NCBI GenBank assembly: GCA_013239625.1
Contig: MU053810.1
Span: forward strand, 1,995,518-2,059,517
DNA length: 64,000 bases
DNA from: Lama guanicoe
Taxonomy: Eukaryota
Reading direction: 5' to 3'
The translations under genes and the position numbers were made by a program. Position 1 is the first letter of the stretch. Each line of letters begins with the position of its first letter. Below, piece by piece: positions 50,812-64,000 of the stretch. The notes below the pieces were generated by a model. The model had not been told where the DNA came from and ran no database searches. It saw only the letters and a program-made list of their open reading frames with translations.

Positions 50812-52663
50812 GGGGTAGTGGAGTCATCCACTTACATGTCCGAGATGGCTTGGATATATTTTCACGGTTTTGTATGCAAAAGCTAACAGATATGATCCAA
50901 TAACACAACATCAATATGGAAAAGTGGAATGAGAAATTTCCTTTGGAAATGCGTGCGAGTCATTTGCTAGACAATTCCTGCCCTTAGTCCATTAAGCACT
51001 AGTAGATCTGATCTTGCATTTCATAGACAAATATCCTACTTAGAAGCAAAGTCACCCACATCACAACTGCCCTAGTTAGCTTCCTTTCCAGTCAAGGAGG
51101 TGCTCTTCGTGGACAATACCAGGAACCACAGATGACGACCTAACGATTAGTATATATTTTATACTTAAAAATTTGTTTAATACCAAAGAAATATTTGGGC
51201 AGAAAAATAATACCAAACTGACATTTTCTAATTCTAAAAAAAAAATCACTATGTAAGTTATTCAAACAGATTTAAAAATAATCCAACAAGACTTTCAAAA
51301 ATAAACTCATTTACCCTCGAGTTTCTAATCTAACATATAAATGTACCCACTGGAAGTAAAACATTTAAGAAGAAAAATATAAAAGGATGATCATTAGCTC
51401 AGGCAGGATAAATGACCAAAGAATATTTTTTGAGTTTTGTGAAATATTGATAGCCGGGGAAAGAATTTTCCACGGACTGCTCTGAGTGTAGGAAGCCAAA
51501 TTCTCTCAGCCCTCTATGTACTTCCAAGAGCATCTTCATACTATTTGGATCCCTGGGCTGGAAAACTGAGTTCATCGAGAATCAGCCGTCTCACTGCTCA
51601 CTGAGAAAACATTTTGGTTTTCAGCAGGTTTGGTATCCAAAATATGAAATGGTTTGTTTTCAGTGATGTCATTCTCCCTGTCTACCACTCGTATACACAC
51701 AAAGCAGCAATTAATTATCATAGAAAGAGCTCGTGTGTGTGTGTATGTGTGCGTGTGTTTAGTGCACAAGGCAGAGTGAGCCAAACCTTTCAAATGCTGC
51801 ATTTGTTCAATCATCTGGAAAAAAAACCAAAAGAAATGATTTACATTTTCAGTTTAAATAATGTAAACCCTCTCATCAAAAGATGACAAGTGCTTTATGA
51901 ACACTGTCTCTGACAAACACCGCAAAATTACTCCCTGTTTGAGAATAAAAATACACGCTGCACAGGTCAACAATCTTTCCAGCATTAGCTGAGCTGATTT
52001 CCACCCCACGGTCTATGTCTCTCCTGGCAGTAACTGGGGAACAGCCATGTGCTGCTTGTGTGGATTTTGCTGCTCATTCTCCCCAACAAATTGCAAAGCA
52101 TCCCATTGCCAGAGACAGATTTGATTTCCCATGATTTATGCTCAGCCTGATTTCCCTTTCATCCTTTGCTTAGATGCCTTTATTTTAAGCTCGAGGATTC
52201 TTTATGATCTTTCAGCACACATCTGTCCATCGCCACAGCCTCTCAAATATCACAGGACCTCTGCTGAAGGGTATGCTTTTGAAGAGTTAACTTGTTCAGT
52301 CTTTCAACATTTTCCAAGCCAGTTATCTTGCATCCTAATGCCAATGAACATATGCCACATCCAGACTGATGTGAGGTCACTTTCACTATCAGGTGCATTC
52401 ATGTCCCCCAATACATCCAACATCACGACTTCTCTGGTCACACTCATCATCACAGCAACAGAGGTCGGGCTGACCACCTCTCGCTGTCTGTTATCCTCAC
52501 CCTTAGCATCCCACATTCTTCCATGCCATTCTCCACATTCAGCATCAAGGCAGAAAACTGAGAGGCTAGGAGAGTAATTCCTCATTCTTTTGGGGGGTCT
52601 GAAATCTATCCTGAAAGGTACCTCAGTGTTGGAGCTGACTAGAAGCTAGACCCTGAATCCTTG

Positions 52664-52694
52664 TGTATTAGTCAGGGTTCTCCATAGAATTGTG

Positions 52695-52727
<33 letters not shown>

Positions 52728-53176
52728 TTTTTTTTATCATAGGGCATTAGCTCACACAATTATGGAGGCTAAGATGTTCCAACTTAGAGGTTACCAAGCC
52801 GAAGAAGGCCCAGCATAGTCAATGGCGTAAATTCCAGTCCAAGAGCTAGCAGGTTCAAGACCCAAGAAGAGCCGATGTTTCAATCCAAATCTGAAGGCAG
52901 GAAAAATACTGAGATCTCTGCAAAAGAATTCAAGCAGGAGGAGTTCCCTCTATTTTGAGGGTGGGGGCCAGGCTTTTTTGTTCTATTCAGGCCTTCAAAT
53001 GAATGGGCGGAGGAGGGCCACCCTCGTTATGGAGGGCAACCTGCTTCACCCAGTCCACCCATCCAAATGTTAATCTCATCTAAGAGCCACTCCCAGACAC
53101 ACCTAGGATAACGTCTGACCAAGTATCAGGGCACCCCCTGGCCCAGTCAAGTTGACAAAGAAAATTAACCATCACC
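52664..53176 (-). mobile_element. ERVL solo LTR (MLT2-like) with 5-bp TSD and internal (GATA)n
   Basis: TGTATTAGTCAGGGTTCTCCA...GCTCACACAATTATGGAGGCT...CCCAGTCAAGTTGACAAAGAAAATTAACCATCAC. TSD CCTTG at 52659-52663 and 53177-53181. Confidence 0.9.
52695..52727. repeat. (GATA)n tetranucleotide STR
   Basis: About 8 perfect units. Confidence 0.92.
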
Positions 53177-53184
53177 CCTTGGTC

Positions 53185-53352
53185 CATAATCTCAGCTGTA
53201 AACCAAAATCAACCGAGAGCTTTTCAAAACCGTGATGCCAAATCTGTACCCCAGGTCAATTAAATCAGAATCTCTGGAATGTGAACCAGACATCAGTATT
53301 TTTCATGAGTATCCAGGCCATTGCAATGTAAGTCCAAAGCTGAGAACCACTG
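53185..53352. mobile_element. MER5-like hAT MITE
   Basis: AATTAAATCAGAATCTCTGG...CATCAGTATTTTT...GCTGAGAACCACTG terminal repeat. Confidence 0.75.
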
Positions 53353-53434
53353 CCCAAGAGATCACCCGAAATAGAACTATGCTTTTTGCTGGGTAATATG
53401 TCATTTGCATCTGAGCAGGAAAGCAATTCAGCTG

Positions 53435-53940
53435 ATTATGACACCACGTGTCGGGCAGGACATGGAGAAAGTGAAACTCTTGTGCGGTGCTGATGGGAAT
53501 GTAAGATGGTGTAACCACTTTAGGAAACAACTTGGCAGTTTCTTAAAAGTTAAACACCCACCAGAAACTGACACAACATTGTGAATCGACTATACTTCTA
53601 ATTAATTAATTAATTAATTAATTAAAATGAAAAATACACCTACCACATGCCAGTCATTCCACTGCTAGTTATTCATGCAAAAGAAGTGAATACCTATGTC
53701 TGTACAAAGACGTGTACGCACATGTTCACTGCAGCTTTGTCAGAACCAAACTCTGTAGACCACTCCAGTGCCCATCAACAGGTGAGTGGACACAACAGAA
53801 CGTGTTGCATGATTCCATTGATAGAAATTGCAAAAAAATGCAAAGTAAAATATAAAGACAGACAGCATATCAGTGGCTGCCTAGGAATGGGGGAGGGCAA
53901 GAGGACAGGGAGTGGAGGAAGGAAGGACATGGAACAGGGG
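53435..53940 (+). mobile_element. Old L1 (L1MB/MC-like) fragment containing a nested younger L1 tail at ~53559-53635
   Basis: GCTGATGGGAATGTAAGATGGTGTAACCACTTTAGGAAACAACTTGGCAGTTTCTTAAAAGTTAAAC is interrupted by CAGAAACTGACACAACATTGTGAATCGACTATACTTC plus a tail, then resumes ACACCTACCACATGCCAGTCATTCCACTGCTAG. Confidence 0.8.
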
Positions 53941-53984
53941 ATGAGGCACGCGTCAGCCCTTCCCCACAGAGGAGAGGTTTCACG

Positions 53985-54517
53985 CATTGTGTTTTCCAAA
54001 GACGCCCACAGTATCTCCCATATATGTGGCCCTCTTTCAGGGAATTTTGACAAGTCCCATTGAGAGGTTGGTCTTTGTTGTCTCTCCTTGGGCAGGCTTG
54101 TGATGAGGGCTGAAGTGACACAATGTGACCCCTGAGGCCAGGTCATAAAAGAGGCAGCTTCCGCCTGGGTCTCTTGGGGCACACTTGCTGTTGGAGCGCA
54201 GGCACCACGCCATGAGGAAGCTCACACAGCCACGTGGAGAACCAATGCCTACGTGTCCTAGCCGATGGCTCTGGTTGGGATTCCAGCTGAAAGTAACACC
54301 AGCTGCCAGTCATGTCAGCAAATAAGCCTTCCGATAATTCCAGCTTCCCAGCCATCGAATTTTCCCAGATGAAGTCCCAGACGCTGTGGAACAGAGACAA
54401 GCTGTTCCCACAGGCTCTTTCCAAATACCAAACCAACAAAACGTTGGCATAATAAAGTGGTTGCTTTCTGTCTCTAAGTTTCAGGTAATTTGTTACAGTA
54501 CAAAAATAATGAGAGCA
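53985..54517 (+). mobile_element. MaLR solo LTR (MLT1F/G-like)
   Basis: GAAGTGACACAATGTGACCCCTGAGGCCAGGTCATAAAAG; GCCATGAGGAAGCTCA; AATAAAGTGGTTG...CTAAGTTTCAGGTAATTTGTTACAG. Confidence 0.78.
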
Positions 54518-56129
54518 GGAGACCAGACCATCATACCTTCATTAATTTCCATCCAGAGGAATCTGTCATTATTACCACTGTTGTCAAAATTACTGTGAAG
54601 ATACTTTCATTGGGAGGAAAACTCAAAACAACATGTCTATACAGCATGTTTCTGAAGAGGTCAAGACCATGAAATCCATCGACAAGCGTGTGACTTCCAT
54701 ATATTGATGACTAACATAGGAACCAAACTGGATGCTTTCCATTAACAATTCAGAACCACACAGTCTTTTAATGAGGAATCCCTAAAATGAATTAATTAGT
54801 GAAGCTAATGTTCGTTGACCCACAAGAACAGTTTTATCGGTGCCCTTAATTTATTAATTACCATAGAATTGGAAACAGAAAACAAGCAAAAAAAAATTAA
54901 CATCCTTAGATTCAGTGAAGTACATTTTATAGTAAATTCAACTTTATTTGCTCAAAAATGTTTTCTCTTTTGTATTTCATTCCAACTTCAAAATAATAAT
55001 AGTTTTATCAGCAGAGGCACCACTTGGTTGAACATACATCGATGTCACTTTGGTCTTCCAGCTAGGTGAGAAAATCACATATTCAGAAAGTGAAGCCACA
55101 CTTCAGCTTAGTTCAATAAAATTTATTGAGCACCTACTAGAAGCCATCAGTAGGATGGCACCATCTCCTCTGGCCATGTTCACTTGCCCACAGATATCCT
55201 AACACAGTCAGCTTTCTGATGGGAAGAAGCGATGAAAGGGAGGTCTGCCGACACGAATGGATGATACAGTCACTGGCAACTCCCAAGACACATCCTCCCA
55301 GCTGGACGCCATCCACTCAGGACACATGATACAGTGTTTTAGAATAAACTGGCTCACTCAGTTAAATAAACTTTGGGACTAATGGCTTCTCTGAGACTCT
55401 TAAATGTCTCCCTGCACTGGTGGGTCTGCCTGGCTATTTTGGAATTCCACGAGTCCACGACTCTCCATACCTGTCACATCGGCAGATAAACGGTTTCATT
55501 TTCATTTATACAGCTTTCCCAAACAAACAGAAAAAAAGGCATCATGGTTCCTGCTCTATGTCAAGAATCATAAATGCATTTTTCAATATCATTTTTTTTT
55601 CTGACAGAAAACAAAACCAAGAACATGTGCTAGAAAGAGCACTTGTACGAGACAGGTGACATCTGGTTGGAGTCATGGCATTGTCACCAACTAGCTCTAT
55701 GAGCTAAGAGAAGTCCTCCCCATTCTCATTTTTGGTGTGGATCTGTGATTCTGACAAACTTAACTTGGCTACTTTGGCTACATAAATGTGCTATTGCCTA
55801 AGCTTTAACAAATATTGGAAATATCAAGTTACTTTTGAGATTTTTTGTTGTGAGAGTCTGAGTCACAGGATTTAAATTCCTGATCCAAGTAATAGAACGT
55901 CTGGGCTAAACAAATGTGCTTTTAGACTTTCCAGCTCCCAGAGAAGCTGCTTACATTTGGTAAAAGCACAGGAAGCTACACTAGAGAGATAATTAAAAAC
56001 CCAGACCTAGTTTTAGCTTTATTGCTATGACTACTGGTAACTTGGCTTGTTAGTTTCTGTGGTTCTTCATTGCTTTGGGTCACATTTCTTGGCCTTTACG
56101 ATTTGGTTTGAAAGAACAGAAGAGAAAAT

Positions 56130-56310
56130 AAGCTAATATTTACCAAATGAATAACATTTGTTGAGCACTTAATCTGTTTCTGGAGAGAAAAAAACTTATG
56201 GCCAGTATTCAAAATAATTCTGTGGGACAGAGACCATTTTCCCAAGGTCATCCAGGTCATAACTGGTAGAACTGGGACCTGAACATAGGTCTCTCTTGCC
56301 ACAGAGTTCA
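56130..56310 (-). mobile_element. MIR (antisense) with adjacent L2/MIR 3' end
   Basis: TTTCCCAAGGTCATCCAGGTCATAACTGGTAGAACTGGGACCTGAACATAGGTCT; ACATTTGTTGAGCACTTA. Confidence 0.6.
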
Positions 56311-56873
56311 TTTTCCACTTTTGGCACAAAATGATATTGGCAAAATATTGGAACAAACAATACTGGAATATGATTTCCTTTCTTCAAAATATCTTACCAA
56401 CAAGCTTACTTCTAGAGCCCTAAATTCCATGTGATTGACATGTTTGATTGATCATATTGACTCACTCATACAATATACTGATGCCCATTAAAAGATTAAT
56501 TGCTAAAGGAGAACATAATAAGCTAATTATTTCCATCTTGCTTTATCTTCATGTGCATTTTATCAAGCTTTTCCAGTGTACATTTCAATAGATATATACC
56601 AATAAATGAATGTATACTGGGAAAGGTCTGATAAAGGCTCTTTATCAAGTGATGAGGGCGCACAGATGTTCCTGGACTGGCAGAACTCATAGTCTAGGGA
56701 GTGCCAGCAGAAATGCAAGTCTCTGCTCTGCAGTTGTTCATGACCACAGAAAGTGATGTAGGGAAACAGAAAAGAGTCAAAGAAGGTTTCAAGTAAATGA
56801 TGACAAAGGTCATTGGAAGATTGGAATGGATGCTGTCAATTTCCTAAGGAAAAGAAAAAATGTTTAAAAAAAA

Positions 56874-57332
56874 TATTAGTCAGGGTCACAGGAGAAAAAG
56901 AAATGGCCCTCTCAACTTAGGTATTTCGAGAAGAATAAAACCAAGGGATGACTTAAAAAGTATGTGCTGGGGTAGGGACTCACAGAGGCAGTGGTGGACC
57001 CCAGGACCGGTTACCACCCAAGATGTGAAGGAGTGAAAGGAGAGAGTGGTTTTGAACATGCAGATGAAGAGGGCTACCTGATGAGAGGTATGCCCTTGGC
57101 CTAGAGACACAGCCAACTGTTGCTGACTGTCCTCGAAGGGAGGCACCAGAATATACCTCGGCCTCACTCTCCTCCCACCTCCCAGCCTCCTGCGTGTGGT
57201 CTCCATGGGCCAGACCCAACCAGAAGCCAGAGGTCAAAGGAAACAGTTGGCATAGTTTGAACAATCTCACTTCCTCGAATAGAAAGGAGAGTAGAAAATG
57301 AATCTGGATGGACAAATAGGTCGTATTCAGGC
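56874..57332 (-). mobile_element. ERVL solo LTR (LTR33-like)
   Basis: TATTAGTCAGGGTCACAGGAGAAAAAGAAATGGC start; CCTCACTCTCCTCCCACCTCC...GGCCAGACCCAACCAGAAGCCAGAGG matches the LTR33 antisense consensus as recalled. Confidence 0.75.
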
Positions 57333-59964
57333 AGGGAAGCAGGAACAGAATTTGTCAACACCCTGCATTGAGAGGAAGTAGGTCAGAGCCTTAGGTGGCA
57401 AAGCTTGGTCCTCACCCTCACTTGACACCAGCTTAGAGCCACGTGTTGATTTAAAACACAATGAGCAAAGATAGGGCACTTTTGATTGCATGCTTGAAGC
57501 CGACAGTCCTATCTGCATAGCTCATGGAAAAGACTTCATCTTTTTTAAGGAAACAATGTAGGGGAAATAATGACCCACTTGGATTTGGAGAAAGAACAAT
57601 AATACATTTTCAAGCCCTTTATCAAATGGAAAAAAGAACAGTTCATCAGAAAGCTATGTTCCCACCAACTACATACACACGGAACAACTGCCAACCAGAT
57701 TACCAGGGCTGAAAAGAATTTGTGCAATCGTTGCACTTTTTGAAAGCTAAAAATACACTTTCCCTAGAAACAAAAACAATAATCGAGTAAAAAGTTAAAG
57801 CAAAGAATAAGACTTTTAGAGACTGTACCAGTTTCAGATGATGTCAGATTTAAAGATTTTTTTGGTTTCAGGGAATTTACTGGAATCAACCAGTTTTATG
57901 CACAGTCTGAAGTTCTTACATAGTGTTTCACTTCTTGCAGGGTCTTCTTGTTTGTTATTTTTTAAATCTTTTCCATGTTAGCGTCCTTGTAGAAATTTTG
58001 ATGATTCAAGAAACTGCTAGAATTCTGAGTGTACAGAATTTGAGAAGCGTAATTCCAAGATAACACATAGGCAGTGCCTCTTTCTATTTAGCGCCATCTG
58101 CATTGAAAACCAGTCGCTTAGACAAGTGGGCTCACTTAACACACAAATGGGAAACAACCTTATTTCTCTCCTTCATTCTCTTAAAGATACCCTGGTACAT
58201 CTCCCTTCCCCACCTTGATATGGGAAGAACCCATAACTTTATCTAAGTACCCTGGGTACTAATAAACAAATATTAATAACTAGTCCATAACCAGGTATTA
58301 AAATTGTCCATTTGTCATCCTGCCTATAGCTTCTCCCCTTCCCCACTGCTCAGAGATTATCCACATTCAAAAGTCTGGGGAGGAAAAAATCCTTCTCCCT
58401 CAATTGGCCTTCCCCACTCAGGAGCTGCTAGTGGTTCCTCTAGAGTTGGGGCCAGAAGAGTTAAAAAAAGTCAAGGAGCCAAAGGTCTTTGTGGAGTGGT
58501 GCTGGGGTGGCCAGGTGTTGGTGTCCCCTATGCAGAAGATGCCCCAATGGCAGGTCTTCTCCCACAGAGCTGCAGGTGGCTTTGGGGCTGTGATGACCTC
58601 TTAGACACCTATCAGCAAGACCTGCCAACGGAGGTGCCAACACTGGTCTTTAGAATGTGTTCTTCCCAGCCAAGACTCTGAGACCAGAAAAGTCCCATTG
58701 AACATCCCTTTATAGAATTAAAACTGACTGTATGCTCGGGGTGGGGGGGTCAACGTTGTAAGGTGACAGGATGTCATGACAGCAGCTTTGTCCTTGACAT
58801 CAGGACGCCTGGACTCCTTCTCCAGAACAGTTACAGTCCATTTTCGCCTGACCATGTCAATTAACTTATCCTGGCCTTAGTTGCTTGACTATATTCTGTA
58901 TTTGGTTGGCTAAGATCTCAAAGTCCTTTCCCGTATCTAGTATAATATTTTCCTATGAAATTGTCACTGCAAATATTACATAGTCCCCAAGTATTAGAAG
59001 TGTTCCAATCCACGCAAGAGGAGAGTGCTACGAAGTATCTCTCTGGCCTCAGAGAACCCACGTCCAGGCGGGTGGAGGACATGAACCCAACAAGCCCAGG
59101 AAAGGGGGACTCTCGCTGTATCCTAAAACCCGTCCGCATACCCCCTTCCTGCCCAGCCTTAACAAACAGATTTTATCACCAGTCTTTTCTTTTCCCATGC
59201 TCTTCCATGTTCACATGAATTTCTACTGGATACTTAAAAATATACATATTCAAAACGTAACCAAGCCAGCAATTCAGCAAATAAAAACCTCATGAACTCA
59301 GGCTGTCGGAAAAAGTAAAACTTTGTGATGCTCAGACTCCAGGGTTTTCTGACCTGAAACTGTCAGTCAATCCTTTTCCATCTGCCTCACTCCAATTCAA
59401 CCTTTATCCAATTATAATTCATTAATTATCAAAACAGGAGAAACTGACAGTTTGTTGAAGGATATTCTTTTTAATCGCTAATTTGAAGAGCTGCATGTAA
59501 GAAGTAAAGAACTCAAAAAAAGAAATTGAAAACACTGACACACATTAATGGCATTAAGATAGTGGTAAAGAAAATGCTTGGGAGACAAGATTTCCACTGT
59601 CAGGACTTCTGATTAATTCAAACTCTAGGTCATGTGGCTAGCTAGGTGTGTACCATTCCGGGATAGCATCTGCTATTAAATCTCAGTTCTCCTTTGCAAT
59701 GAAATAGATACCAGAAAATATACTGGAAAAAATGACCTGGCTACATAAATTCAGCCTGCATTATATACAAACTAAAAGCAAACATACCTTGATAATAGAT
59801 AAATGAATACAAACAAATGTATCGGACTATTTTCAAAGGATCTACTGTGGGCAATCCACTACAGACCACCAGTTAAGAACCATGGCCCATCTGTGTGACT
59901 TTGAGTAGTTTATTTAGCTTCTTGGGGCCACAACTGCCACCTTTTTCAATTGGTTTTCTCATCA

Positions 59965-60890
59965 GTTTATCCAGTTTATTCAAGTGGTCCAGCACTGGTC
60001 CCACTGAAGTACCGCGGCACCTTTGTCAAAATCAAATGACAACATAAGTACAGGACTATTTCTAGACTCTGTTCCATCATCCCCATGATGTCATTATTAT
60101 AATGTCTGTGTTGCCATAATTTAAAGTCTTGAAGTCAAGTAGTGTGAGTCCTCCAACTTTCTTATTTTGCAAGACTGTTTTGACTATTTTAGATTCTTTG
60201 CAAATTTCCATATAAATTTAAAATCAGCTTTTCCATTTTGCTCCCCCCAAAATGCTATATTTTGAATGCATGGCATCTATAGATGAAACTGGGGGGAATT
60301 GCTCCCTTTACAAATATTGTTTTCTAATTCATGAAGAGCAATATTTCATAGTTTTCAGTAAAGCAATCTTGCATATCTTTTGCAAAATTTACCCCTAAGA
60401 ATTTTCAGATTCAGGCCATTGCAAGTGATTTTTTAAATTTTATTTTCCATGTATTTGTTACTATTTATAGATTTGATTTTTGTATATTGACCTTGTATCC
60501 TGAGAATGTGTTCATTCTAGTTGTTACTTTACATCTTCCTAAGATTTTTGATGTATGTAAATATATCACCTGCAAGTAAAGGTAGTTTTATTGTTTCCTT
60601 TCTAATATTTACACCCTTTATTTCTTTTTCTTACTTTCAGATGATGACCTTCAATATAATATAGAATAGAAGTGGTGACAGCAGGTATCCTTGTCCTGTT
60701 CCTGGTCTTAGAAGAAAGTATTCAAGTTTCCCTAAGGTTTTTTGTAAATGCCCTTTCCTGGGTTAAGAACATTTCCTTCTATTTCTAGTTTGCTGGAAGT
60801 TTTTAATTATAAATAGATTCTGAATTTTTCTAATGCCTTTTCTACATCCATTTGAAACCATCATGTAATTGTTTCTCCATTCTGTTCACT
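59965..60890 (-). mobile_element. Ancient L1 ORF2 remnant (antisense)
   Basis: CACCTTTGTCAAAATCAAATGAC, AGTAGTGTGAGTCCTCCAACTTT, GATTTTTGTATATTGACCTTGTATCCTG, AATAGAAGTGGTGACAG..ATCCTTGTCCTGTTCCTG, TTCCTTCTATTTCTAGTTTGCTG. Confidence 0.85.
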
Positions 60891-60901
60891 GTTGGTTATG
60901 A

Positions 60902-60985
60902 TGCATGTTGGTTTCCTAGGGCTGCTATGACAAAGTCCCACAGACTGAGAGGCTCAAAGAACAGAATTTTTTTTTCCTTACAGTC
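60902..60985 (-). mobile_element. MLT1 terminal fragment
   Basis: GTTTCCTAGGGCTGCTATGACAAAGTCCCACAGACTGAGAGGCTCAAAGAACAGAATTT. Confidence 0.7.
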
Positions 60986-63329
60986 AATGATTGTATGATG
61001 TGGAGAAGAGCAGCACTATGATGGAATGATTGTTCACTTTCCGTAAGCTAAGTACCAAGAGAGGTGTAATATGCAAAATGGTGTGTCCAGGACAGCTGCA
61101 CTTCTGCATATGGAACTAGCACGTTTTGCTCAGCAAACTGTCATTAACAATGACTGGGTGCCAGGATCTGAGATCAACAGCAAGTAAGACAAACCCTTTG
61201 TCTTCCAGGTGCTCGCAACCAAACAGACAAAATTACAGACTCAAGACGGCATCCGATCAACATCATGAAGTAGAACATACGACCGAGAACCAGTTCAGAC
61301 TCCAGAAATATGAGGACAAAGATGTTACTATGATTACAAGGAAATAGAAATAGAGAGTCCTGAGGTTCCAAAAGTAGACTCAAATGGGGGCAGACATGAC
61401 ACTGAAACAAACGTAGAACCGTTGCAGCCTTGCACCCCACGACTCCACACCTCATGTCCAAGTGCTCCCCTGTCTGGAGAGCCTGCCCACCTCCACATAC
61501 CCAAATTCAGACATTCTCCAGACAATCCCTCCTTCTTTATGGAGGCTCCCCTATGCCCCCCAAGAGGAAGTCACTGCCACATTTCTCACCGCCAACCTTT
61601 TATTGTGTCCATGTGCTCTCACTGATACCAGAAATACTACATTCTTGGAAGGGAAAAGTCCCCATCCAGCATATCTGTGTGTGTCTCTCGGAATCTGGGA
61701 CGCCGTGGACGCACAGTAAATGTTTAGGAAAGGTAAATGTTTCACCTACTTCCCTGCTGCATTAAGTACAAATCTGTCCTACATTTGGGCATGACTCACC
61801 CACTCCTTCCTGTGTTCCATCAAGTCAACAGTTTTCATTTCACTATGAACCCCCCAGTCTCAGCATGAGACAACCTAAACTTGACAGCAAAAATATAACT
61901 GCTCTTACTAAACTATATGAACCTTTTCTCTTTAAATTTCAAAATCTCCTTTTGACTACACTGCAGAGCTTACACCAAAGACTTTAATTAAGTTGCTAGT
62001 TATTGGGGCAACAACACATCTGCAAAACTACATTTTCATCCCTTTTAATATATCCTAATGTTGGCTTGTGATATCTATGTGCAGGTAAGTCCATATTTTA
62101 CTACGATTATGAGCACCTACCTTTTGATTTATTACCTTAGTGTACTAGATAATCTAACTGGCTGGAGTTACCAGTGCTTCAAACACAGTCAGGGAGCAAG
62201 CTGACTGGTAATGCAGACCAGACCCCAGGAAACAGCTGCTTAATGCGGGGCATCTGTCTGCCGAGTGTGAAATGGCAGGAATGGGTCACGGCGGACGGAA
62301 ATAGATTCTCCAATCTCAACCTGCCAGCCAGTGAGATGGGCATCTGACCTACTGTGTCTCCTTTTAAATGTGATTACTTTGAGAACACAGCTGAAGAAAG
62401 TTCAGAGTAATTCTATCTGAAACAGAGTCTTACCCAGGGAACTTGATTTGGTATCAAGAGTCATTGTCCAGAGACTAGTTTCCCAAGTGATCGTTCTCTG
62501 TTCACTGGACTACTGTTTTAAGTGACTAGCTTAATATGCCGCAGTGTCTGTCCTGCCTGCCCTAGACTCCTGTGGTCTGCAATGGTGACTGCATCTTCCG
62601 AATGTCTGTGATCTATAGCCAGCAAGATCTGCAGCTACAGTGGCCTCGTCTGCGTAAACAGCTGCAGGGACAGTTACCAAACATCTGGCTCTCTTAGCCT
62701 CATCGCTAACCGGCTGTCTCATCTTGGGACAAACACCTAAAACCCCTATTAAACTGGTTTCCAATCTAAAGAAATTTCTGTACTATAAACGCCTTCTAGA
62801 GAAGGATGGGGTGTTTACAGCATACCATCCTAGCCAGATATATTTGATCAGAGATGTTTTTTCATGTCCTAGTGCTTGAGATGATAACAATTCCTTGGGA
62901 TACTGGCTTGGGAAACACTAACCTGCCGAGATGTCACAAACAGCAGGCCTGACTCATCGGTTACACGTATAAATCACAACATTAATATTCACTAAGCAAG
63001 ATCGGATCACAAGAGCTGAGGCACACCAGTGTCAAGGGCCAGGCCACTGGCTTTTCAGTTTGTCAAGCAAATGGGGAATTCTGTGAACGCCAGTCTTCCA
63101 GCTACGTTAGAGACTGGGGTGAGCATGAGTAAGAGCTATCAGTTGGAAGAATGGGGTTTTGTTAAGTCTTATTTTAATGGCCGTTGATGTAGAAGGCGAT
63201 CAAAGAAAAGCCCTGTCAGGACTGAGGCAAACAAAGCCTTTTTCATCCTCCTTGGGCAAGCTCCTTAGAGGACAGCGAGCTCCTTGGAGCGGCAGAAGGA
63301 CGCAGCGGATGAAACAAGGGCTTCAGGTT

Positions 63330-63720
63330 GAGACAGAGCTGGGTGAAGGTCTGTCGCTTGGCCCAGCTGTGTGACGGCTGTGCATCTGCGTGTAAGGGCA
63401 GGCCTTGGGGACAAAGTGTCCCCTGAGAAGCAAGGCCTAAAGGACTTGGATGAGTATGGCAGGAGGAGCGATCTGAGACTGGGGAGGGGGCACAAATGAG
63501 ACTGGAGAGGTCAACAGATCACAAGAGAGGGTGTACGAAGACTGGGCTTCATCCCAAAGGCAGCAGGTTTCAGCAGAGAGAAATGACATAACACACGATT
63601 CGGGAAAGACATGCCTGGCTTCTCTCTGTGAACCATTAGATGCAGTGAAACAAAGAGCCACAAGTCCGGAACGGCGGCCAGTTCTCTGGATCAGGCGATC
63701 GGGTGAAGCACAAAAATGAG
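63330..63720 (-). mobile_element. Degenerate L2
   Basis: CAGGCCTTGGGGACAAAGTGTCCCTGAG, GGTTTCAGCAGAGAGAAATGACATAAC, GGAAAGACATGCCTGGCTTCT. Confidence 0.5.
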
Positions 63721-64000
63721 TCCAAAAGGCAAAGTTATGGTCAAAGTCCAACACGAGGTTCAGATTCCCCAGCGACAGCTGCTCGTGGCAATGGCAGCAG
63801 AAAGAGTGACAAATAAACAAACCAGCTTCTTGCAGCTGCTGGAAAATATCAGCAGCTCATCAATGACTTGAAATCCAAAGAAAAATGCTCACCACAGCAC
63901 TGCATAGAGTGTCAATCAAGTTAAATAATTTTGATAACGGGGTCACAGGTTAAAATCCTTCTAAAGAACTCCAAGCCAGGCCGGGCATGCAGGAAATACC

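Noticed and set aside
52131..52585. 148-aa and 93-aa opposing ORFs
   Set aside because: No recognisable homology or splice support; within chance expectation for 64 kb in six frames.
1..64000. Prokaryotic systems (operons, CRISPR arrays, defence islands, IS elements)
   Set aside because: The sequence is mammalian: no long ORFs, no regularly spaced direct repeats, abundant SINE/LINE/LTR elements.

Overview
This window is CpG-depleted, repeat-rich mammalian non-coding DNA (intronic or intergenic), not prokaryotic. It is most likely camelid: it carries two tRNA-Ala-derived SINEs of vic-1 type plus short young L1 3' ends, and I saw no Alu, B1/B2, Bov-A/BovB, PRE-1 or Can-SINE. I could not recognise any protein-coding gene, processed pseudogene, rRNA, functional tRNA or CRISPR array. 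The supplied ORFs are short and look like chance or repeat-derived frames. What can be supported is a layered transposon record: young SINE and L1 insertions with target-site duplications (TSDs), old L1/L2/MIR, MaLR/ERVL/ERV1 solo LTRs, hAT and Tigger MITEs, and simple repeats. Repeat family names are recalled from consensus sequences, not searched. I found no convincing new biological system. The best leads, all speculative, are three abutting hairpins at 18.65-18.74 kb, a small CpG/GC-box/G4 element with a splice donor at 4.1-4.4 kb, a frame-compatible chain of candidate minus-strand exons, and an unclassified LTR-like insert inside an old L1.
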